DNA of 64,000 nucleotides from Gammaproteobacteria bacterium (GTDB lineage Bacteria > Pseudomonadota > Gammaproteobacteria > Eutrophobiales > Eutrophobiaceae), in contig CBDFNQ010000028.1 of assembly GCA_965250225.1 (NCBI GenBank), positions 12,438-76,437 on the forward strand, given 5' to 3'. Under the pieces are notes generated by a model. The model made no database searches. It was given only the letters and a program-made list of their open reading frames with translations, and had not been told where the DNA came from. This document shows, one piece after another, positions 20,264 to 28,678 of the stretch (positions are counted from its first letter, which is position 1; each line of letters starts with the position of its first letter). The translations under genes and the position numbers were made by a program.

Positions 20264-21637
20264 ATGAGTTTTTATATGAGCCTACGATTACGATTAAGTT
20301 TGTTAATCACATTGGTATTTTTACTAATACTGGTAGCAACGGGCTATGTAGTAATAGAAAATGCACGCCGGGCAATCGAAGATGAAATTCATTCCAGTGC
20401 GCAACTGACATTACAGTTGATTGAAATTGCATTTGCTAGTGTTGAGGAAAAACAGGCGGATAAAAAAATCAGTTTGGTTGAGGAAATCTCAGAACTGGAA
20501 AGCTCACGACATTTAACGATTGATCTGATCCGTCATAGCAACTCACGCCATGCGCCATTTTTTCCTGAACGAGCCATTTTAGCAGATGCACCAGACTGGT
20601 TTGTGCAACGAGTAAAACCCGTTCCTATTGAATTTAGAAGAACATTGCCCACACCGAATCTACCCATAGAACTGGTTATCAAGGCAAACCCTTCGGATGA
20701 AATTACCGAGGCCTGGAATGAAACAAAAGGGGTGCTCATTTTGTTAACCTTATTTGTGTTAATTGCCATAACATTGGTTTATTACACATTAGGTCGCGGC
20801 CTGAAACCGATCGATAATATCCTACATGCCCTGGAAGAGATAGAACAAGGTAACTATCAATTGCGTCTACCAGATTTTAATTTACCTGAATTAAGCAAGA
20901 TATCTCAAAAATTTAATCATATGGCTGCGGTCATGCAAAAAAGCCGTGATGAAAATCGTGCCCTGACTCAACGATCTTTAGCTATTCAGGAACAGGAAAG
21001 GCAAGATTTGGCCTATGCTTTACACGATGAACTGGGGCAATCGATCACTGCAGTGAAAGCTGTTGCAGCATCAATTAAATCGCAGGATCAGTCGGTGACT
21101 GAAATCAACAAGAGTGTGGATGCGATCATTGATGTATCCGATCAAATGTATGATGTTGCGCGTACTATGATACAGCGTTTGCGACCATCCGTGTTAGATG
21201 AACTGGGAATTGTTCGGGCATTACAGGAAATGATTGATGACTGGAATGTTCATCATGGTGATCTGTTTTGTCATTTTAATTTTTTCGGTCAGTTAGATAA
21301 ACTTGGTGATACCATAAATATTATGCTTTACAGAATTGTGCAGGAAAGTTTGACGAATGTGGCAAAGCATGCAGAAGCAGATAGTGTTCATATAAATATA
21401 CATCGAACTCTGGATATTAAAACTAATAATGATTCTCAAAGTAAAGAAACCGGGGCAGGAGAGATCACATTATTCATTGAAGACAATGGTATTGGTTTTG
21501 ACACAAACAAAACATCACAGGGTCTGGGTTTATTAGGGATGAGAGAGCGCGTGGAATCATTAGGTGGTGAAATCTCCATAGATAGTTCTGAAGACAATGG
21601 TGTGGAAATCAAAGTGACAATTCCTTGTGAACAATAA
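20264..21637 (+). CDS. Sensor histidine kinase (TM-HAMP-HisKA_3-HATPase, NarX/UhpB type)
   Basis: Two TM segments, a HAMP-like linker, H-box HDELGQSITAVK, and ATPase motifs (NVAKHA, DNGIGF, GLGLLGMRER). Confidence 0.8.
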   Translation: MSFYMSLRLRLSLLITLVFLLILVATGYVVIENARRAIEDEIHSSAQLTLQLIEIAFASVEEKQADKKISLVEEISELESSRHLTIDLIRHSNSRHAPFFPERAILADAPDWFVQRVKPVPIEFRRTLPTPNLPIELVIKANPSDEITEAWNETKGVLILLTLFVLIAITLVYYTLGRGLKPIDNILHALEEIEQGNYQLRLPDFNLPELSKISQKFNHMAAVMQKSRDENRALTQRSLAIQEQERQDLAYALHDELGQSITAVKAVAASIKSQDQSVTEINKSVDAIIDVSDQMYDVARTMIQRLRPSVLDELGIVRALQEMIDDWNVHHGDLFCHFNFFGQLDKLGDTINIMLYRIVQESLTNVAKHAEADSVHINIHRTLDIKTNNDSQSKETGAGEITLFIEDNGIGFDTNKTSQGLGLLGMRERVESLGGEISIDSSEDNGVEIKVTIPCEQ

Positions 21638-21666
21638 TGAAATATTATTATGAATAGAGTTATCTC

Positions 21667-22317
21667 ATGAATAAAGAAATGGAAAAAATAAAAGTATTAC
21701 TAGTGGATGATCACGCGGTTGTCAGAGCTGGTTACGAAATGTTGTTAAAAAATTCCACTGACATAGAAGTGTTGGTACAAGCGGAAAGTGGTGAGCAGGC
21801 GATCAAGGCTTATATCGAACACCAACCTGATGTCATCGTTATGGATCTGTCTTTACCTGGTATCGGTGGACTTGAAGCGATCCGTCGCATTATAGCGCGT
21901 GACTCTACGGCCAGGATTTTAGTCTTCAGTATGCATGATGATACGATATTTGTTGAACAAGCTTTGCAGGCAGGTGCCAAAGGTTATATCCCTAAAAGCA
22001 GTTCGCCGGATGCACTGGCGGATGGAATTCGAGCAATCTATAAAGGCGAAACATACGTTGATGCAAATATTGCTGAACGTATTGCTAGCAGTAAAGTTAG
22101 AGGTGAAAACACACCATTCAGTAATCTATCAACACGCGAGTTTGAGATATTTTGTTTGCTTGCAAAAGGACTTAACACCAGTGAGATAGCCAAGTGTTTA
22201 TCAATCAGCTATAAAACCGTTGCAAACTACAGCACACAGATAAAAAATAAATTAGACGTGTCTACCGTTGCGGAGTTAGCACGTATGGCGATTCGATATA
22301 AAATTATAGATGCCTGA
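21667..22317 (+). CDS. NarL/LuxR-family response regulator (AgmR/ErbR-like by context)
   Basis: REC (LLVDDHAVVR...VIVMDLSLPG) plus a LuxR HTH (LSTREFEIFCLLAKGLNTSEIAKCLSISYKTV). Confidence 0.85.
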   Translation: MNKEMEKIKVLLVDDHAVVRAGYEMLLKNSTDIEVLVQAESGEQAIKAYIEHQPDVIVMDLSLPGIGGLEAIRRIIARDSTARILVFSMHDDTIFVEQALQAGAKGYIPKSSSPDALADGIRAIYKGETYVDANIAERIASSKVRGENTPFSNLSTREFEIFCLLAKGLNTSEIAKCLSISYKTVANYSTQIKNKLDVSTVAELARMAIRYKIIDA

Positions 22318-22385
22318 TGCTTGCTTGGCTTCATACCAACACGACTTTCGCCGGTATGGCGGAGTTCTCATTATCATTTTTCGTC

Positions 22386-22432
22386 TTTCCGGCCTCCGAG
22401 CCGGAATCCACCGGCATTAGCCGGAATAATGG
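22386..22432. repeat. Palindromic repeat unit of the ttccSgc-N-gcSggaatcca family
   Basis: ttccggc-ctccga-gccggaatcca followed by ccggcattagccgg. Related units lie at 37594, 37972 and 39026. Confidence 0.6.
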
Positions 22433-22583
22433 ATGTATTGTTTCGAACAATCCTTGTCCATTATTCTATTCCTATTACAATTGGATTCTGGTCGCAGCTT
22501 GTCCTCGAAGTGTTTAGTCCAGAGCCAGAAATGAGCGATAGTGTTACAATAACGAAAGCATAGACAAAAAGTATCTTTGGAAT

Positions 22584-23540
22584 TTAATCGTCAATAACAA
22601 CACCCCAGGGGAAACTTCCAACTTCGATCGTTTTGATGTTGCTATTGGTGGCAGTATCAATCATTGAAACTGTACCGCTTACGCCATCTGTTGTGAAAAT
22701 GTGAGAACCATCTTTACTCATGGCAAGTCCCCAGATACGTTTGCCAACCGGAATGGTGCTGATTACTTCCATACTATCGGCATCCATGACAATAACCTGG
22801 TTCGCACGACCACCCGCAACATAAAGTGTTTTTTCGTCTTTACTCAATAACACATCTTTGGGTTTGGCCTTTTCGTCACCAATAGAACCCACCGCTAATA
22901 CCTTATAGGTTTCCATATCTACCTTTTTAACTTCACCACTGATCTCCGAAGTGGAGTATGCGATATTTCCCGCTTTGGTAAAGGTGACTGCTCGTGGTCG
23001 AGCACCGACCAGAATATTTCCAACGATCTTGTGCGATGGCACCTCGATCACATGCAACATGTTGGTGGATTCACTGGTGACAATAACTTTGGTTCCGTCT
23101 GGTGAGACAGCAACGCCTTCTGGTTCAAGCCCCACCTTGATTTCCGCCAACAGTTCACCGGTTTTAGGATTATAGACAGTCGCCTTGGCATCATCTTCAT
23201 TTGAAATATAAATATTTCCATTGGGGTGTACAGCAAAGGTCTCCGGATCAGAACCAGATTCAAATTTGCGTAATATTTCGAGGGTTTCAGGATCAACCAC
23301 AGCAATGGAATTTTCTTCACTGACGGCAACGTACAATTCCGAACCATCCGGCGCTAATCCAATGCCGCGTGGCCGATCACCAATATCGATCGTTGCTTCG
23401 ACTTGGAATGTTTCGCCATTAATGACACTGACTGTATCCGACTTTTCATTGGTTACGAAAATACGGCCAGTCGGTTCCGCCTGGATATTAGTGATACTCA
23501 GGCCTAAGGCAAGGGCCGCAGTCATCATGTGTTGTTTCAT
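22584..23540 (-). CDS. YVTN-type beta-propeller repeat protein (PQQ-dependent catabolism-associated type)
   Basis: Signal peptide. Repeated units IFVTNEKSDTVSVI / LYVAVSEENSIAVVD / IYISNEDDAKATVY / VIVTSESTNMLHVI. Confidence 0.6.
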   Translation of the reverse strand: MKQHMMTAALALGLSITNIQAEPTGRIFVTNEKSDTVSVINGETFQVEATIDIGDRPRGIGLAPDGSELYVAVSEENSIAVVDPETLEILRKFESGSDPETFAVHPNGNIYISNEDDAKATVYNPKTGELLAEIKVGLEPEGVAVSPDGTKVIVTSESTNMLHVIEVPSHKIVGNILVGARPRAVTFTKAGNIAYSTSEISGEVKKVDMETYKVLAVGSIGDEKAKPKDVLLSKDEKTLYVAGGRANQVIVMDADSMEVISTIPVGKRIWGLAMSKDGSHIFTTDGVSGTVSMIDTATNSNIKTIEVGSFPWGVVIDD

Positions 23541-23572
23541 GTGTTTTTCCTCGTGAAATTATTTAATAATTT

Positions 23573-24391
23573 TTACTTTAAGCAATCTGTTAGTCCCAGA
23601 CTTTCTACCGTGGGTGGCTTTGCGATTCCGCGTACTGGTGCCTCGGCGATTGTTTTACCATTTTCAACAATGAGTACTGGTTGTCTCAGCTGGCCGGTAT
23701 TACGAAAATCCATATTGATACCTTTCTGACCATCAAAGCTAAGATTTGTTTTTAGAAACTCTAACATGTCTCCTGCATTGGTCAGATTTTCACGCGCCAC
23801 GGTGTCTGAAACCATTTTTATCGCAGCCCAGCCAGCCCATGCCTCATCATTCATTTCTGACTTCTGGGCTTTCTTGAAGCGTTTGTTTAAATCACGTGCG
23901 GCAAACTTTACAAAATCTACATTCCAGGCTTGGGCGCTGGCATTAGAATCTGGCTTTTTTTGTTGCCACTGAGCCAGTGCATCGGCTTTCATCTGGGCAC
24001 TGGGAAGAATATGCAGTTGGTTCGCACTGCAGCCAATGCGTAGATCGTCGTCATCAAGCGTGATATTCAGGATTGCCGTGTTCGGCATTTTGCTGCCAAT
24101 GGTTTCCAGCGAGTTTTTATTGCCCGCGGCAATCACCGCTATGACAGAACTGGGGATAGCATTATCAAGATCACCAACATTGCCTACAAGGACATCGTAA
24201 TGTTGGCCGAGGAACTGTCCTTGTAGATTCGCCTCACTGAGTCCTTGCTGAACACCCTGGTAGGCGGAACCGTTTGTATCACCTATGTACAAAAACGTGA
24301 CATCGATGTTTTCAGCATAACTCATTGAATTAGATAGAAATAAAAGACTGATAGCCAGTGTTTTTATTGTATGTTTCCCGACTTGTTTCAT
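23573..24391 (-). CDS. Periplasmic substrate-binding-like protein (LivJ-like fold, PQQ-alcohol-dehydrogenase-system type by context)
   Basis: Signal peptide. The N-terminal pattern VTFLYIGD...AYQGVQQGLSEANLQG resembles branched-chain type binding proteins. At 272 aa it is shorter than I would expect. Confidence 0.4.
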   Translation of the reverse strand: MKQVGKHTIKTLAISLLFLSNSMSYAENIDVTFLYIGDTNGSAYQGVQQGLSEANLQGQFLGQHYDVLVGNVGDLDNAIPSSVIAVIAAGNKNSLETIGSKMPNTAILNITLDDDDLRIGCSANQLHILPSAQMKADALAQWQQKKPDSNASAQAWNVDFVKFAARDLNKRFKKAQKSEMNDEAWAGWAAIKMVSDTVARENLTNAGDMLEFLKTNLSFDGQKGINMDFRNTGQLRQPVLIVENGKTIAEAPVRGIAKPPTVESLGLTDCLK

Positions 24392-24563
24392 GGATGTTCC
24401 TTGCTGATTTAATGTGATAATGATTCCTATTCTAACATCATAGACAATCGATAAAGGGTGGAAGTTTGTGTGATTATTTCCTGAATACTGACTTAAGCTA
24501 CATCGGTGTCATGCTTGAAAAGCACTTACTTAAGGTAAAAACCGTTAGAAAATACAGCTTTCA

Positions 24564-24648
24564 CCACGAAGAGCACGGAGGACGCAGAGAAAAATAGACT
24601 GGAAAACAAGACACTCTCTTAATCTCTGTGCTTCCAGTGAGCTCAGTG
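24564..24648. repeat. Imperfect long hairpin of the 'cacgaagagcacggagg' type
   Basis: ccacgaagagcacggaggacgcagag ... ctctgtgcttccagtgagctcagtg with a ~34-nt loop. Confidence 0.4.
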
Positions 24649-24694
24649 CCGATCGGCTTTTTACGAGAATATCTCGTTAAGTTAAGTGCCATTA

Positions 24695-24717
24695 GTGTCA
24701 GACTTAAGCCTGACACT
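24695..24717. repeat. Copy of the GTCAGGCTTAAGCCTGAC palindrome family
   Basis: gtgtcagacttaagcctgacac. Confidence 0.6.
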
Positions 24718-24730
24718 TAACATGCCTTTC

Positions 24731-24919
24731 TGTTGTATTAATACAACACAATACTATTTTACCTATCCATCACAGATAAAAATGATGAAAAATTCGATCT
24801 TAATCTTTATTATTAGATTTCTTAAGTTAACCCTATGAATAGAGTGAAAAATTCAATATTGTAATAATCTTTTGTTGTAAAATAACAACGTTATTTGGAA
24901 TGTTTCAACAAATTTGTTG
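24731..24919. promoter_or_regulatory. Three GTTGT/ACAAC palindromes in the AT-rich porin upstream region (candidate operators)
   Basis: tgttgtattaatacaaca (24731-24748), gttgtaaaataacaac (24874-24889) and caacaaatttgttg (24906-24919). Confidence 0.35.
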
Positions 24920-25098
24920 TAAAAAAGTAGAAAAATGTTGCGAGAGCATAAAAAATTGTGTATCTTGCTTGGGTCTTATTATTTTTTAAGTCACTCGTGA
25001 GTGATCTCAATAAGTACTAACTCGCAATTGGGGGGAAGTCTGGGGGAGATCGAATATTTAAAATCTCTAGAGTTATTTTAGTTTTTCCTGAGGAGGAA

Positions 25099-26307
25099 AT
25101 GATGAAATCAAATAAACTTTTAAAAGGTGCATGCGTTGCCGCAGTGGCAGCAATGTTACCTCTATCACAAGCAGCCAATGCTGAGGTTAATATCTCAGGC
25201 TGGATTAATGAAGGTATTACTTTCTATGATGACGGTGTCAATAGCGATGCAGTACAGGTTACTGATAACGGTACTACTTTGGGTAGTCGTATCACACTGT
25301 CTGGCTCAACTGCACTGCCAAACAGTGGTTTGACAGCGGGCTTTGAAACCATCTTGGAACCAAGATCTTCAGACCCAGCTAATGTGTTAGGCCTTGGTTC
25401 TACTGGCGCATTCAACAGCGATACAAACGGTCAAGCTATTGGCGTGTTAGGTTCTAGCGTTAATGTTGGTGGTGCCTTTGGTAAGATCACTGTTGGCCTG
25501 CAAAGTATGCCGACTGATAACATTGCGGTTCTGGCTGATCCTTCATTGACCTTATGGTCTTCTATCTCTCCAGTATTCCGTGGCAATGGTGCTACCATCC
25601 AGGGTTTGGGTGCTGGCGCAACAAACACTACATGGGGTTCTTTCCTGCAGTGTTTGACCGTACCTGGTCTGGGTATTGGTATTGACTGTAACGGTATCTA
25701 TCGTAATGGTGTTCGTTATGACTTGCCTGCTTTTGGTCCTGTCAGCGTTGCCGTTGGTGCTGCGAACGATGATGTTTATGATGTCGCAGTGAAATATAGT
25801 GGCCAACTGGGTCGTATGACCGCTAATGTACACGGTGGTTATGCCATTAACCAGGGCGGTGGTGGTTCAAACGCTGGTGGTTCTGAGTCTGAAACCTTTC
25901 AAATTCAAGCGGGTTTGCTGGATCCAGTGACCGGTCTGTTCGGTTCTATCGCCTTCCAAACGGAAGAAGCTGATGGTGTTGCTGTTGGCGCACTTACAGG
26001 TGATGATACCGATGCATACTGGTTCAAAGGTGGTATCAAGAAAGGCTTCAACAGCTTGGGCGATACGGCAATTACCTTTAACTATGGTATGTACAATGAC
26101 CAGTTTGGTGCTGGCGGTAACGGCATCACCGGTTCTGAAGTAGAACGTATCGGTGTTTCTGTTGACCAGTATTTTGGTAGCAGCTTGATCCTCTACGGTG
26201 TCTATGAGCAACTGGATCTGGATGTCGACGGTGCTGGTACCGCTGCTTTTTATAGTGGCGCACAAGAGCTGGATGTCTTTACTCTTGGTTTGACCTACTT
26301 CTTCTAA
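25099..26307 (+). CDS. Outer-membrane porin (Gram-negative general porin type)
   Basis: Signal peptide ending AANA. Gly/Tyr/Asp-rich alternating beta-strand pattern. C-terminal ...TLGLTYFF. Strong RBS aggagga. Codon usage differs visibly from the neighbours. Confidence 0.85.
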   Translation: MMKSNKLLKGACVAAVAAMLPLSQAANAEVNISGWINEGITFYDDGVNSDAVQVTDNGTTLGSRITLSGSTALPNSGLTAGFETILEPRSSDPANVLGLGSTGAFNSDTNGQAIGVLGSSVNVGGAFGKITVGLQSMPTDNIAVLADPSLTLWSSISPVFRGNGATIQGLGAGATNTTWGSFLQCLTVPGLGIGIDCNGIYRNGVRYDLPAFGPVSVAVGAANDDVYDVAVKYSGQLGRMTANVHGGYAINQGGGGSNAGGSESETFQIQAGLLDPVTGLFGSIAFQTEEADGVAVGALTGDDTDAYWFKGGIKKGFNSLGDTAITFNYGMYNDQFGAGGNGITGSEVERIGVSVDQYFGSSLILYGVYEQLDLDVDGAGTAAFYSGAQELDVFTLGLTYFF

Positions 26308-26337
26308 GATTTATTTAGAAGATAGTTATGATACAAA

Positions 26338-26360
26338 GGTGTCAGGCTTAAACCTGATAT
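26338..26360. repeat. Copy of the GTCAGGCTTAAGCCTGAC palindrome family
   Basis: ggtgtcaggcttaaacctgatat. Confidence 0.55.
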
Positions 26361-26365
26361 CCTAT

Positions 26366-26395
26366 AAAAAAGACCTCTTCGGAGGTCTTTTTTTT
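26366..26395 (+). terminator. Rho-independent terminator of the porin gene
   Basis: aagacctc-ttcg-gaggtctt followed by a T run (8 consecutive T counting the last two stem bases). Confidence 0.85.
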
Positions 26396-26540
26396 GTCCA
26401 TCATACCTACCGGCGCGACCGCCAAGGAAGGTGAGAGAGTAGGAAATGAAGGAACAATCTCCTGCTACAGCCGGTATCCAGTATGAGACATCAAGCTTAT
26501 GCCTGACACCAGGAACCGTGATAGTCTTTGCGTCTAGATA

Positions 26541-26568
26541 TTGACATTGCGGCTCTTAGAGCTACAAT
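26541..26568 (+). promoter_or_regulatory. Sigma-70-like promoter of the phd/PIN operon, with a palindrome in the spacer
   Basis: TTGACA (26541-26546), a 16-nt spacer containing gctct-t-agagc, then TACAAT (26563-26568). Confidence 0.45.
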
Positions 26569-26603
26569 AGCTATAAATTTAACAGTGTTAGAGATCAGTA
26601 GAG

Positions 26604-26849
26604 ATGAAAACATTGGGTGCCCGAGAAGCAAAAGAAAACTTTGGTAGTCTTATAGACACGGTCCAACGTGAACCTGTGACTATCCTGAAAAACGGACGTC
26701 CTTCTGCGGTCGTCGTCTCACCAGAAGATTATGCTCGAATGGGAGGCAGTCGTCAGCGTATTATGGACTTGCAGAAACAAATAGCGGAGCAAGCAGAAGG
26801 CAGTGGATTAACGGCAGACATTTTAGCTGCCATAGTGAATGAGCGATAA
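26604..26849 (+). CDS. Phd/YefM-family antitoxin
   Basis: MKTLGAREAKENFGSLIDTVQREPVTILKNGRPSAVVVSPEDY. 11-nt overlap with the PIN gene. Confidence 0.75.
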   Translation: MKTLGAREAKENFGSLIDTVQREPVTILKNGRPSAVVVSPEDYARMGGSRQRIMDLQKQIAEQAEGSGLTADILAAIVNER

Positions 26850-27258
26850 ACCTCGCATCATCATTGATACCAATATCCTGATTAGTAGTATGGCATTTAT
26901 GGAGAGCGTCCCACAACAGGCTGTAAACAGGGCTCTGGAATTAGGTGTATTACTTTTTACACTGGCTACTTTGGAGGAATTTAAAGAGGTTATATTACGT
27001 CCAAAGTTCGACAAATATATTGAGCGTGATCTTCGAATAGCCTATTTTTTTGAAATTTCCACCTCATCCTTGATGGTGAAACCTAAAGCCTGTTCACACG
27101 TTTGCCGTGACTTAAATGATCAAAAATTTCTGGAAGCATATCAAGGTGGAGAGGCCGAGTATTTGATTAGTGGTGATCAGGATTTATTGATTTTGAAAAA
27201 TGACGCGTTACAAGTGTTAAGTCTCGATGAGTTTTTATCCGTGGTTAAAGAGAGATGA
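26839..27258 (+). CDS. PIN-domain toxin
   Basis: IIIDTNILISS at the N-terminus, ...DQKFLEAY...YLISGDQDLL. Paired with an upstream antitoxin. Confidence 0.75.
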   Translation: MSDKPRIIIDTNILISSMAFMESVPQQAVNRALELGVLLFTLATLEEFKEVILRPKFDKYIERDLRIAYFFEISTSSLMVKPKACSHVCRDLNDQKFLEAYQGGEAEYLISGDQDLLILKNDALQVLSLDEFLSVVKER

Positions 27259-27272
27259 TCATAACACTCTGT

Positions 27273-27299
27273 AAAAGACCTCTTTTTAGATCTTTTTTT
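27273..27299 (+). repeat. Degenerate second copy of the porin terminator sequence
   Basis: aaaagacctctttttagatcttttttt versus aaaagacctcttcggaggtctttttttt at 26367-26394. Confidence 0.5.
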
Positions 27300-27376
27300 C
27301 ATTCGTTATTTAAATGTTGTAAACTTCCTGAGCTCTATAGACTCTAATCTGCTCAAGACGAAAAACTATTATTATT

Positions 27377-28336
27377 ATGAAAATGCTTAAAATTCAATTC
27401 ATTACTTTGTTTATTATCAGTCAGTTATTGTTATCAAGTAATACTTTTGCCCTCGATTTATTTGGTGAAGATGAAGATGTTATTTGGGAAGTCGGCAAGA
27501 ACGTTTATTTTAAATACGCTGAGCAAGATGATTCTAAATTTGGTAAGAATGATCATCCTGCCAAGTTAGACGTAAAAGACATCAGTCTGGCACTGGAATC
27601 TCTGGAAATCTGGCAAAAGGAGACAGTTGGTTCCGATGAAGAACCAGAGTTCGTCTTTACCTTTAAACAATCGCGATATCTTGGAGAATATCTTGCCAAA
27701 GGGCTGAGAAATGCAAAACCTGAACAGGACATCATTTTTGCATTGGATAAAAAGAGTGATCGATTGTTTGGCTTAAAGACAGACACGTTTTATGTCGCAG
27801 GTCGTGCATTTTATAAAGAGGGTAAGTTGAGTATTATCTTGGGTGACTATGATCGACCACGTTTAGAAGGTTATGAAGCCGCCTATGATCCAACACATGT
27901 CGGTATTGTGAAATATCAATTTAATCATGGTTCTCGTTCTGGCAATTTTCTTGGGACACCTTTTGATAAAGCGGTTATTAAAATACCAGGTGTTGAAAAT
28001 AAAAAATTCAAGAAAAGCAGACGCGACTGGTTTGTGATTGATGTGAAACTCGCAGCAGAAAGTTATATAGCAATAAAACAAGCAAGAGAAAATCCAGTCA
28101 CACAAAGAGATAAACAATTTGAAATTGAATCGGCAAAGTTAGCCAAAGAACGACGCGAGATGCGTCTGGAATTGGCCAGAATACGAAAACAAATGAAAGA
28201 ATCCGACGGTACAAATGGTCAACAAGGTCTATCTATTGAAGAGAGACTGAAAAAACTAGACGGATTAAAGCAGCAGGATTTAATATCTGAAAGTGAATAT
28301 GATCAGCAGAGAAATAAAATTTTAGAAGAACTTTAA
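27377..28336 (+). CDS. Secreted hypothetical protein with a C-terminal SHOCT-like domain
   Basis: Signal peptide. C-terminus LSIEERLKKLDGLKQQDLISESEYDQQRNKILEEL. Confidence 0.45.
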   Translation: MKMLKIQFITLFIISQLLLSSNTFALDLFGEDEDVIWEVGKNVYFKYAEQDDSKFGKNDHPAKLDVKDISLALESLEIWQKETVGSDEEPEFVFTFKQSRYLGEYLAKGLRNAKPEQDIIFALDKKSDRLFGLKTDTFYVAGRAFYKEGKLSIILGDYDRPRLEGYEAAYDPTHVGIVKYQFNHGSRSGNFLGTPFDKAVIKIPGVENKKFKKSRRDWFVIDVKLAAESYIAIKQARENPVTQRDKQFEIESAKLAKERREMRLELARIRKQMKESDGTNGQQGLSIEERLKKLDGLKQQDLISESEYDQQRNKILEEL

Positions 28337-28350
28337 ATATTAACATTTTA

Positions 28351-28368
28351 GACAGGCTTAAGCCTGTC
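28351..28368. repeat. Perfect 18-bp palindrome GACAGGCTTAAGCCTGTC
   Basis: Read directly, 15 nt after the stop codon. Confidence 0.8.
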
Positions 28369-28414
28369 ATCGTAGAAGTAATAGGATGATGATACTTAAT
28401 CAGGGAGAAATATT

Positions 28415-28615
28415 ATGTCAATGATGATAAGTGAGCTATATGATGCTTTGAAATCTGCCGGTGCAGATGAGGACAAAGCCAGAGATGCCGCGTCTGCGGT
28501 CGCTAGGTTTGATGACAGATTTAATAAAATTGAAGCTGAGTTTATGTTGCTTAAATGGATGGTTGCATTTAATTTGGCATTCACTATGGCAGTTCTATGG
28601 AAAATTTTCAGTTAA
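28415..28615 (+). CDS. Small tail-anchored protein (DUF1640-like)
   Basis: LYDALKSAGADEDKARDAASAVA helix followed by the C-terminal TM LLKWMVAFNLAFTMAVLW. RBS gggag. Confidence 0.4.
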   Translation: MSMMISELYDALKSAGADEDKARDAASAVARFDDRFNKIEAEFMLLKWMVAFNLAFTMAVLWKIFS

Positions 28616-28630
28616 AATAATCGGGTAAAT

Positions 28631-28650
28631 GATCGGGCTTAAGCCTGACC
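28631..28650. repeat. Copy of the GCTTAAGC-centred palindrome family
   Basis: gatcgggcttaagcctgacc. Confidence 0.55.
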
Positions 28651-28678
28651 CCACAGAAATCTTTTGCAAGCCCTTAAT

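Noticed and set aside
22317-22563. ORFs of 66 and 80 aa downstream of the LuxR regulator.
   Set aside because: They run through palindromic repeat units (translations like RPPSRNPPALAG). They lie between convergent genes and have no RBS.
25552-26265. ORFs of 93 and 132 aa antisense to the porin gene.
   Set aside because: They lie entirely inside a strongly supported porin CDS and have low-complexity, Thr/Ile-rich translations. These are typical shadow ORFs of a biased-codon gene.
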